Positions 32,067 through 39,658 of a DNA stretch of 64,000 bases are shown here, piece after piece. The position numbers and the translations under genes were made by a program. The DNA is from Deltaproteobacteria bacterium (GTDB lineage: Bacteria; Desulfobacterota; Desulfobulbia; Desulfobulbales; Desulfurivibrionaceae): NCBI GenBank assembly GCA_021802775.1, contig JAJZRJ010000011.1, forward strand, positions 3,194-67,193. The letters run 5' to 3'. Below the pieces are notes generated by a model. That model was not told where the DNA came from. It saw only the letters and a program-made list of their open reading frames with translations, and did no database searches. Positions within the stretch are counted from its first letter, which is position 1. Each line of letters opens with the position of its first letter.

Positions 32067-32086
32067 GCTTCGCAATTTTGCGAAGC
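32067..32086. promoter_or_regulatory. 20-bp inverted repeat (candidate activator binding site, or a hairpin after the NtrC-type gene)
   Basis: gcttcgcaa-tt-ttgcgaagc has perfect 9-bp arms. It lies about 100 bp upstream of the sigma54-type promoter at 32180. Confidence 0.4.
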
Positions 32087-32179
32087 CCCTGTTGCACTTC
32101 TTCCATCCGCGGCAACTGATGCGCCGGGCCGCTTTGCGGCAAGGCCTGATTTTCCTGGGTCAGGCCTGCCTGGCGGTCA

Positions 32180-32195
32180 TGGCATGCTTCCTGCT
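32180..32195 (+). promoter_or_regulatory. Candidate sigma54 (-24/-12) promoter
   Basis: TGGCATgcttcCTGCT. GG-N10-GC spacing was counted by hand. It is about 40 nt upstream of the receiver gene ATG (32234) and directly downstream of an NtrC-family activator gene. Confidence 0.6.
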
Positions 32196-32233
32196 ATTTT
32201 TATGAGGCACGAGGGAAAAAGGGAGAGTGACTC

Positions 32234-32650
32234 ATGGCGGTGGATGAGCGGACAACGCTGTTTGAGACATTGCAGAAAATGCGGCTGCTGCTGGTGGAAG
32301 ACGATGCGCTGCTCCGCGATTCCTTGCGCCTTTTTTTCGAGAGCGAGGGGTGCCGGCTCGAGACTCTGGAGACCGCCGAAGAGGCGGTGAAGGCAGTGCG
32401 GCGCCGGGAGTACGACATCGTCATCACCGACTACCGGCTGCCAGGCATGGATGGACTTCAGTTCCTGCGCGAACTTCAGGCCTTCCGCCCGGGGACCATG
32501 CGAGTGCTGCTCACCGCCTACATGGATGAGGATGTCCTGGCCGATGCCTTCCGGGTCGGGGTGCATGAATTCATCGAAAAGCCGTTCAGTTCCGTCGATA
32601 TCGAAGAGGCCCTGGCCCGGCTTATTGCCAAGCGGGCCACCGTCATGTGA
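32234..32650 (+). CDS. Stand-alone response regulator receiver protein
   Basis: 138 aa; LLLVEDDALLRDSL...IVITDYRLPGMDGLQFL...LLTAY...FIEKPF. Confidence 0.9.
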   Translation: MAVDERTTLFETLQKMRLLLVEDDALLRDSLRLFFESEGCRLETLETAEEAVKAVRRREYDIVITDYRLPGMDGLQFLRELQAFRPGTMRVLLTAYMDEDVLADAFRVGVHEFIEKPFSSVDIEEALARLIAKRATVM

Positions 32651-32677
32651 ACCACACACTCAAGAGGAGGTAATCCT

Positions 32678-33121
32678 ATGGAACTTGTGCCGTGGAAGCC
32701 GTTTGGCGATCTGCGCACCCTGCGCAGGGAGATGGATGATCTGTGGAGCCGGTTTTGGGAAGGAAAGCCCCTGGCGGAATTCATGCCCCAGGGCTGGGCG
32801 CCATCGGCGGACATCTCGGAAACCAAGGACAAGGTCATCGTCAAGATCGATCTGCCTGGCCTTGAGGCCGGTGATGTCCAGTTGAGCATCTCCGGCGACC
32901 TGCTCACCGTGAAAGGGGAAAAGAAGCAGGAACAGGAGGAAAAGGACGAGCACCACCACTATGTGGAACGTTCCTACGGCGCCTTCCAGCGGTCGTTCCG
33001 CCTGCCGGTGGAGATCGATTCCGACAAGGTGCAGGCCAAGTTCGACAAGGGGGTCCTGCGCATCACCCTGGCCAAGACCGCCAGGGCCAAGAAGAAGGAA
33101 ATCAAAGTGCAGGTGAAGTGA
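32678..33121 (+). CDS. Hsp20/alpha-crystallin family small heat-shock protein
   Basis: 147 aa; PSADISETKDKVIVKIDLPGLEAGDVQLSISGDLLTVKGEKK...GAFQRSFRLP...GVLRITLAK. Confidence 0.93.
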   Translation: MELVPWKPFGDLRTLRREMDDLWSRFWEGKPLAEFMPQGWAPSADISETKDKVIVKIDLPGLEAGDVQLSISGDLLTVKGEKKQEQEEKDEHHHYVERSYGAFQRSFRLPVEIDSDKVQAKFDKGVLRITLAKTARAKKKEIKVQVK

Positions 33122-33138
33122 GCAGCCCGGGAGGGGAT

Positions 33139-33534
33139 ATGAAAATCTGCGTTCCATCCACCGGCCAGGGGCTCACCGCCAAGGTGGACCGCTCCTTTGG
33201 CCGGGCGGCCTTTTTTGCGGTGGTCGATGTCGGCACCATGCGGTTCCATTGCCTGCGGAATCTGCCACTCTTGCCCGGTGAGCGCGGCGAACAGCTGGTC
33301 GCCGAAATGGTTTCGCTGCTTGGGGTGGACGGGGTGCTGGCGGAGTGTATCGACGCCAAGGCCTGCCATATTCTGCAGCGTTCCGGGGTCAAGGTGTTTG
33401 AGGGCGTCTTGGCGAATGATTCCGTGCAGGAGGTGGTGTGCAAGCTGCGGCACGGCCAATACCAGGAGGCCGCATTGCTGCCGGAGGGGAGCCGGTCTCC
33501 GTTCGGTTGCGCCTCTTCCGCTGAGTGGCCGTAA
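33139..33534 (+). CDS. NifB/NifX-family (dinitrogenase FeMo-cofactor biosynthesis-like) domain protein
   Basis: The ATG at 33139 (GGGAGGGG RBS) gives MKICVPSTGQGLTAKVDRSFGRAAFFAVVD...GVDGVLAECIDAKACHILQRSGVKVFEG, the typical pattern of this small domain family. Confidence 0.75.
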   Translation: MKICVPSTGQGLTAKVDRSFGRAAFFAVVDVGTMRFHCLRNLPLLPGERGEQLVAEMVSLLGVDGVLAECIDAKACHILQRSGVKVFEGVLANDSVQEVVCKLRHGQYQEAALLPEGSRSPFGCASSAEWP

Positions 33535-33535
33535 C

Positions 33536-33988
33536 GTGCCCCATTTCGGGTTTGTGGACGAAACCAGGATCTCCCGCGAGGCGGCGACGTTATTGCGCGC
33601 CAAGCTCCATCTGCGTTGCGGACGTCGTCGCGTACGGGAAGGCAAGGATGCCGCCGGCCTGGCCACTCTTTACGATGCGCTGCTTTCAGGCATGCGGTGG
33701 CATATCCTTATGACTCCAAGGCTCAAGGAGGCGCTTGGCAGCAACGATCCCGGCGAACGGCTCGAAAACGATCGGGTGGTGGTTGCGCTTATGCGGCAGG
33801 CCGGCATCCTGGATGGCGCCTTCCCGTGGGAGCATTTCCAGGGCTTGGTCGATCAGGCGCTCATGGGGAAAAAAGGTGCGTTTGACCGGCAGGCCGTGCT
33901 GGTCTGGGTGGATGACGTCATGACCCGGCTCGGGGTGATGCCTTTTGACGAAAACGAGCTGCCGGCCGAGAATCCCGCCACGTTTTGA
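33536..33988 (+). CDS. Hypothetical protein
   Basis: The GTG at 33536 is 2 nt after the previous stop and in frame with the 3' part of track ORF 33197..33988. No family was recognised and the start is uncertain. Confidence 0.4.
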   Translation: MPHFGFVDETRISREAATLLRAKLHLRCGRRRVREGKDAAGLATLYDALLSGMRWHILMTPRLKEALGSNDPGERLENDRVVVALMRQAGILDGAFPWEHFQGLVDQALMGKKGAFDRQAVLVWVDDVMTRLGVMPFDENELPAENPATF

Positions 33989-34120
33989 GGCAGAAGACCG
34001 CCAGAGGCGGCGAGTGGGCAAGGGAGTTTTTGTGCATATGCCGGATATAGGGCAGTGGGCTGCCCGGTCAAGCAAGAACTTAAGAAAACAACAAAATATT
34101 AAGATAGCGCCCTGAAAGGT

Positions 34121-34149
34121 TTGACAGCAGCCTCTGCCCGCGATAGGTT
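34121..34149 (+). promoter_or_regulatory. Candidate sigma70 promoter of the CoADR-rhodanese gene
   Basis: TTGACA (34121-34126), a 17-nt spacer, TAGGTT (34144-34149). Downstream is the inverted repeat attatc-N6-gataat. Confidence 0.4.
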
Positions 34150-34217
34150 GGCCAGGTATCTTCTGCTCCGGAAACCACAGTAGTCTTCGAGTCATTATCA
34201 TACGAGATAATACCGCC

Positions 34218-35945
34218 ATGGCCCAGAAAATCGTCATCATCGGCGGGGTTGCCGCCGGCCCCAAGACCGCCTGCCGCGTCAAACGTCTCATGCCCGACGC
34301 CGAGGTCGCCATCGTCGACCAGGACAGCCTCATCTCCTACGGCGGCTGCGGCATTCCCTATTTCGTCTCCGGCGATGTCTCGGACGAAAAGGAACTGCGC
34401 AACACCAGCTTTCACATGACCAGGGACGAGGCCTTCTTCCTCAAGGCCAAGGGGGTCAAAACCCTTACCCGTACCAAGGCGCTCGCCATCGACCGGAAAA
34501 ACAAGAGCGTACAGGTAGAAAACCTCGCCACTGGCGCCAAGGAATCGCTCCCCTACGACAAGCTGGTGCTGGCCACCGGCAGCAAGCCCAACCTGCTGCC
34601 GATTCCCGGTGCCGACCTCGACGGCGTCTTCACCATCAGCGATCTCCATAAGGCCGTGGCCATCAAGGAGCGGGTGGCCAAGGGCGAGGTGGGCAAGGTG
34701 GTGGTCATCGGCGGCGGCGCCATCGGCATCGAGATGGCCGAGGCCTTTACCGACCTCTGGGGGCTCGCAACCACCATCCTCGAATTCATGCCGCAATTGC
34801 TGCCCCGCCTGGTGGACTGGGACTTTGCCCGGATGCTCGAAACCCACCTCAAGGAAAAGGGGGTGGCGGTCTTTACCAGCGAATCCGCCACCGCCATCGA
34901 GGGCGAAAACGGCAAGGTGAAACGGGTGGTCACGGCCCAACGAACCTTGGAGGCAGACCTCGTTGTCATATCCGTCGGCGTACGGGCGCGGAGCGAACTC
35001 GCCCAGGCCGCCGGGCTCCTCGTCTCGCCCCAGGGCAACATCGTGGTGAACGACCGCCTGCAGACATCGGACCCCGATATCTACGCCGCCGGCGACTGCA
35101 TCGAGGTAAAAAACATCCTCACCGGCAAGAAGGGGATCGCCCCCATGGGGTCGTTGGCCAACAAGGAGGGCCGCATCGTCGGCGACAACCTGGCCGGCAT
35201 CCCCACCGTCTACAAGGGCTGGATCGGCAGCTTCACCATGAAGGCCTTCGAACGCTGCATCGGCGCCACTGGCCTCGCCCTGGACGCCGCCCTGGCCGAG
35301 GGCTTTGACGCCGCGGCAGTGACCACCGCCCAGTCGGATCGCGCCCACTTCTTCCCGACCCAGGCGGTGATTCCGCTGCGGCTCGTCTTTGACAAGAAAA
35401 CCCGCAAGGTTCTCGGCATGCAGGGCTTCGGCCCCATGGGCGATGCTGTGCTGGCCCGGCTTGATGCCGCGGCGGCGGTGATCATGCAGGGTGGCACCAT
35501 CGACGACCTGAGCCAGCTCGAAATGGCCTATGCCCCGCCCTTTGCCACGGCGCTCGATGCCCTGAACGCCACCGCCAACGTGGCCGATAATCTCGCGGCC
35601 GGCCGGCTGCGGTACGTCTCGGTCAAGGAGTTCCTCGACTGGATGGATGATTTCGCCAGCCGCCCCGACTGGGCGGCCCTGGACATCCGCCACCCCAACG
35701 AGACCAAGGTCTTTGTCGAGAAATACGGCGCGGGAAAATGGGTCTCGGTGCCCTATGTCGACATCCGCAGCCGTTACCAGGAACTGCCCCGGGACAAGAC
35801 CATGCTCATCATCTGCGACGCCGGCACCCGCTCGTCGGAAATCCAGATCTTCCTGGACAGCGTAGGGCTGGGCAACAACCTGGTGCTGGGCGGCGGCTTC
35901 AACGTCATCCGCCGTCTCGGAGTGGCCTGGTGGCCGCAAAGTTAA
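34218..35945 (+). CDS. FAD-dependent pyridine nucleotide-disulfide oxidoreductase with C-terminal rhodanese domain (CoA-disulfide/persulfide reductase, Npsr-like)
   Basis: IVIIGGVAAGPK (FAD binding), the single redox Cys in SYGGCGIPYF, VVVIGGGAIGIE (NAD(P)H binding), and a C-terminal rhodanese with active-site loop ICDAGTRS. Confidence 0.88.
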   Translation: MAQKIVIIGGVAAGPKTACRVKRLMPDAEVAIVDQDSLISYGGCGIPYFVSGDVSDEKELRNTSFHMTRDEAFFLKAKGVKTLTRTKALAIDRKNKSVQVENLATGAKESLPYDKLVLATGSKPNLLPIPGADLDGVFTISDLHKAVAIKERVAKGEVGKVVVIGGGAIGIEMAEAFTDLWGLATTILEFMPQLLPRLVDWDFARMLETHLKEKGVAVFTSESATAIEGENGKVKRVVTAQRTLEADLVVISVGVRARSELAQAAGLLVSPQGNIVVNDRLQTSDPDIYAAGDCIEVKNILTGKKGIAPMGSLANKEGRIVGDNLAGIPTVYKGWIGSFTMKAFERCIGATGLALDAALAEGFDAAAVTTAQSDRAHFFPTQAVIPLRLVFDKKTRKVLGMQGFGPMGDAVLARLDAAAAVIMQGGTIDDLSQLEMAYAPPFATALDALNATANVADNLAAGRLRYVSVKEFLDWMDDFASRPDWAALDIRHPNETKVFVEKYGAGKWVSVPYVDIRSRYQELPRDKTMLIICDAGTRSSEIQIFLDSVGLGNNLVLGGGFNVIRRLGVAWWPQS

Positions 35946-35978
35946 ACCGGATCGCATCGACAAGAGAGGAGGGCCATC

Positions 35979-36818
35979 ATGAAGAAGTGCTGCACCACCA
36001 ATCGCCGCCTGTTGGTGACTCTCCTCACTCCCCTGCTCTGGCTGGCGCCAACCGCCACCCTGGCCCTCGACGGCCGGCTCAACCTCAACACCGCCACGGT
36101 GGAGCAGTTCGAAATGCTGCCCACCATCGGCCAGACCCGCGCCAAGGCCATCAGCGATTATCGCCGCCAGCACGGCGCCTTCCGCTCCATCGACCAGCTT
36201 CTTTCCGGCAAACTGGTCGGCGAAAGCTCTCTCGCCGCAATCCGGCCCTATATCAGCCTCGACGGCGTCACCACGCTGACCCCGTCGTCCCCTGCCCGCA
36301 AGATCGCGCCAGCCCCCGCCCCCGACCTCAACCGCCACATCAGCCTGCGGCCCGGCGAAGTCCGGGTGCTGCCGGACGAGGCCTACTTCCCGGCCCTGCT
36401 CCAGCATCTTGCCCAGGCCAATCGCCGCATCGGGCTGGTCATGTTCCTCTTCAAGGCCACGGATCGGCAGGACAATCGGCCGGCCCAACTGGCGCAGGCA
36501 CTCATCGACGCCCGTCGCCGCGGGGTGCGGGTGGAGGTGCTGCTGGAAAAATCAGGCTACGATGAAGAATTGAACCGGGAAAACGAGAAGGTGGCGCAAC
36601 TGCTGCGCAAGAATCGGATCGAGGTTCGCCTTGATTCACCGGGGACCACCACCCACGCCAAGCTGGTGGTGATCGACAGCCGCTACGTCTTTCTGGGCAG
36701 CCACAACCTGACCCAGGCAGCGCTTAAGCGCAACCACGAGGTGTCGCTGCTGCTCGACAACACCGCCCTGGCCCGCGAACTCACCGACTACATCGAACGA
36801 ATCCGCGCCGGGGAATAA
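35979..36818 (+). CDS. Secreted ComEA-type helix-hairpin-helix domain fused to a single-HKD phospholipase D/nuclease domain
   Basis: Signal peptide (LLVTLLTPLLWLAPTATLA). ComEA-like LNLNTATVEQFEMLPTIGQTRAKAISDYRRQHGAFRSIDQL. HKD motif THAKLVVIDSRYVFLGSHNLT. Confidence 0.85.
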   Translation: MKKCCTTNRRLLVTLLTPLLWLAPTATLALDGRLNLNTATVEQFEMLPTIGQTRAKAISDYRRQHGAFRSIDQLLSGKLVGESSLAAIRPYISLDGVTTLTPSSPARKIAPAPAPDLNRHISLRPGEVRVLPDEAYFPALLQHLAQANRRIGLVMFLFKATDRQDNRPAQLAQALIDARRRGVRVEVLLEKSGYDEELNRENEKVAQLLRKNRIEVRLDSPGTTTHAKLVVIDSRYVFLGSHNLTQAALKRNHEVSLLLDNTALARELTDYIERIRAGE

Positions 36819-36831
36819 CGGCCGGCAGGGA

Positions 36832-39402
36832 TCACGCCTTGCGCCGCACCACCCGCACCTTACGCACCCCGCCGGTGGCGACCCCACCCCTGACCCGACG
36901 GATCAGCACCTTCTTCTTCACCGGCGCCTGGCCCGGAGAGGCCGGAGCCTCCCCCGCCGAGGCGATATCCTTCTCGCCGGGCAGCGACTGAGTATAGTTG
37001 CAGCCGGCCCGCGGGCAACGCAAAGAGATCTTGCCGGCCAGATTCTTCTTTTCCACCAGAAAGGGCGAGTCGCAGATCCGGCACGAAATGGCATGGGGCC
37101 TGGACCATGCCATAAACTCGCAGTCCGGCTCCGGGCAGACGTAGAACGGTTTGCCGGTGGGGGTGTGCTTGCTCACGATATTGCCGGTCTGGCAGAGAGG
37201 GCAGCGCAGGGAGGGCCCCCCCTCCTTGCCGTACGATTCCGAATGGCGGCATTCCGGGTGGCCGGAACAGAACCAGTACTTACCGAAACGGTCTTCCTTG
37301 AGCAGTAAGGGCCGGCCGCAATCCGGGCAAGGTTTGCCCGGGCCGGCAGGGTGGAGTTCGACCGCCGGGGAGGGCGGCTCCGGCATCAGGGGCGCGGACT
37401 CCTTGGCGACCTGGGCAAACACCTCCTGCCTCACCGGCTCCTCCGGCTCGGCCACGGTCTCCGGCGGCGGCACCACCTCCGGCACTTCCGGGGCCATCGT
37501 TGCCGGCAACGCCGCCTCGGGAACGGCCGCGATCTCTTCCGCCACTGGCGCCACTTCCTCCACCGGCGGCGCTGCCGGCAGGGGAGACTCGACCGCCGCT
37601 GGTGCCGCGACCTCTCCGGGGGGCGAAGGCGGCCCAGGCGGCGGAGCCTCAACGCCGGGGCTTTTGATGATACTGCGCGAGGTCTTGCCGCGCAGGCGCG
37701 GTGCCGCCGGCATGGCGATCTTGGCCAAGACGTTGCCCTGCATCATCATGGTCTGGTCGAACTGGTGCAGCGCCAAGGCCAATGGCTTGCGGCCGGAAAC
37801 CGCCTCCGCCACGACCTGCTCGAAATAGGCTGAAAGATTGACCCCCTTCATGGAAGGAAAGGCCTTGTTCATCACATTGATGAGGGTGGCGCTGTTCTCC
37901 CGGCAGCGCAGGGTGCCGTCCGGCATCAGGGCCGCATAACCGCCATCGAGCAGGCGTTGCAGCAAAGCAATGCCCGCGGCGTCCAAATCCAGGGAAAAAT
38001 CGGCAAGATCACCGGCCAATCCCTCGAAGGTATAGTATTCCGGCGGGAAGCCCGGCGCCTGTTCCGGAATGATCTGGATATTGCGCACCTCCTGGCCGCT
38101 TGAGAGCCCGGCCAAAGGCGACGGGGCCAGCAACTCCCGAAATTCCCGCCCCTGGCAGGCCGCCAGAAAACCCGCTTCCCGAATAGCCCGACCACTGGCC
38201 CGGAAATAACAACTCTCCCCGGCATGGAGACCGACCGCGAGCGACATCCCCTCGGCCTCCCGCATCTGGCTGGCCAGGGCCCGAGCATGGATCAGGCCAT
38301 AGATTTGCTGGGTTGCCGGCGAAAGCACGCCGGCAAGGGCGGCCGGGCCAAGGTCCGGCCGCAACGGCAGCAGCGCTCCGCCCATTTCGGATTCCCGGTC
38401 GCCGGTGGCCAGCGCGCCGGGGCCGAACTCCCTTACCACCTGCGCCCGCACCTTGGCCCAAAGCGGCTGGGCGTCACTGTTCTCCCGCGTCGAGAAGGAG
38501 CTCACCAGACCAACCTCCTCGCCGGCAATGCCGACCCCTTCGTAAAGCTGCCGCAAGGCTGCCAGTACCCCGGCCGGCGGCAGCTTATGGACGAGATAGG
38601 CCTCCTGCAGCAGTTCCAGCAGTCGGAACGGCCCTGGTGGTTCGATTCGAATTTCTTCCTCGGCCACCTCGCTGACCACAAAGGGCTGCCCCCGGAACAT
38701 CCCCACCAATTCCTTGCCCTGCAAGGCGTCGCGCACATAGCCATCGAAGGTGACGCCGTAGGCCTCTTCCAGGCGGGCGTCAAACTCACCGCCATCAGCG
38801 GCAAGCCGCACCCGCACCTGCCACTTGACCGGCGGCGCAAAGGCTCGAATCTCGGCCTCGCGCTCGGCCAACAAGAAAATGGTGGCCAGGGCATCGCCGG
38901 TGAGCGGCAGCCCTTGCGGGCCGGTGGTCGTCCCCAGCAGCCGTTTCAGATGGCGGCCCAAGTGGGCGTTAAAGAATAACCGCAGATGATAGGCCACCGC
39001 CTTGTCGCTATCCACCGGTTCCACCAGCCGGAAGGATCTTTGCAGCTCGCCGCGGCTGAAGCCAAAAAGATGGAGGCGCCGGCCGCCATGCATGCCGTTG
39101 GTCTCGGCCAGCAGATATTCGTTGATGAGCCAGGCCCAGTATTCTCCACGCTGATCGCTGTCAAAGGCAAGATAGAGGGTGGCGGTAACAACGTCCAGCA
39201 GACGGGCAAGGAGATTCTGCTGCCCATCGGCCGGCGTAAAGGTAAATCGGGGCGGCTCCTTCTTCAGCGGGTCGGCAGACGGCAGCAGTGTGGCCTTGAC
39301 CGGCACCGCGGGCAGCACCAAGGTCTCCACCCCACCGGATAACTGCGCCGCAATGGTGCGGGCCTTCTGCTCCGACTCAACAATGATCACATCCCTTGCC
39401 AT
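36832..39402 (-). CDS. Type IA DNA topoisomerase-like protein with three C-terminal C4 zinc ribbons; catalytic Tyr apparently absent
   Basis: The ATG at 39402 gives MARDVIIVESEQKARTIA (Toprim start). It has LAFDSDQRGEYWAW (DxD), AEREAEIRAF and PPGPFRLLELLQEA...LRQLYEG. GLVSSFSTRENS stands in place of GxITYMRTDS. A P/A/E-rich linker follows. The zinc ribbons are CPDCG...CSGHPEC, CPLCQ...CPEPDC and CRICD...CPRAGC. Confidence 0.75.
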   Translation of the reverse strand: MARDVIIVESEQKARTIAAQLSGGVETLVLPAVPVKATLLPSADPLKKEPPRFTFTPADGQQNLLARLLDVVTATLYLAFDSDQRGEYWAWLINEYLLAETNGMHGGRRLHLFGFSRGELQRSFRLVEPVDSDKAVAYHLRLFFNAHLGRHLKRLLGTTTGPQGLPLTGDALATIFLLAEREAEIRAFAPPVKWQVRVRLAADGGEFDARLEEAYGVTFDGYVRDALQGKELVGMFRGQPFVVSEVAEEEIRIEPPGPFRLLELLQEAYLVHKLPPAGVLAALRQLYEGVGIAGEEVGLVSSFSTRENSDAQPLWAKVRAQVVREFGPGALATGDRESEMGGALLPLRPDLGPAALAGVLSPATQQIYGLIHARALASQMREAEGMSLAVGLHAGESCYFRASGRAIREAGFLAACQGREFRELLAPSPLAGLSSGQEVRNIQIIPEQAPGFPPEYYTFEGLAGDLADFSLDLDAAGIALLQRLLDGGYAALMPDGTLRCRENSATLINVMNKAFPSMKGVNLSAYFEQVVAEAVSGRKPLALALHQFDQTMMMQGNVLAKIAMPAAPRLRGKTSRSIIKSPGVEAPPPGPPSPPGEVAAPAAVESPLPAAPPVEEVAPVAEEIAAVPEAALPATMAPEVPEVVPPPETVAEPEEPVRQEVFAQVAKESAPLMPEPPSPAVELHPAGPGKPCPDCGRPLLLKEDRFGKYWFCSGHPECRHSESYGKEGGPSLRCPLCQTGNIVSKHTPTGKPFYVCPEPDCEFMAWSRPHAISCRICDSPFLVEKKNLAGKISLRCPRAGCNYTQSLPGEKDIASAGEAPASPGQAPVKKKVLIRRVRGGVATGGVRKVRVVRRKA

Positions 39403-39658
39403 GCCCGGCCTCCGCCGCCTGAACGTCCTCGGGCCAGACCATGCCGGAGAAACGCTAAAAAATCCAATTTTTCTCACATGATATAGAATTTTCCGCGCCA
39501 CCGTCCAGTAGATATTGCGCCGGTTTCGCTTTTTCCGCGGCCCTTCTCCTGCGGCGTCATCGCCTTTCTTGCCGCCATTGTTCAAGGAAATGGCCGGAAC
39601 GCTCGACATGATGGTATAGTCGGAAAGCACGTCGAATCCCCAAGGAGGGTCGCCCCAC

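Noticed and set aside
34080-36488. 802-aa minus-strand ORF
   Set aside because: It lies antisense to the CoADR-rhodanese and ComEA-PLD genes. It is a shadow ORF.
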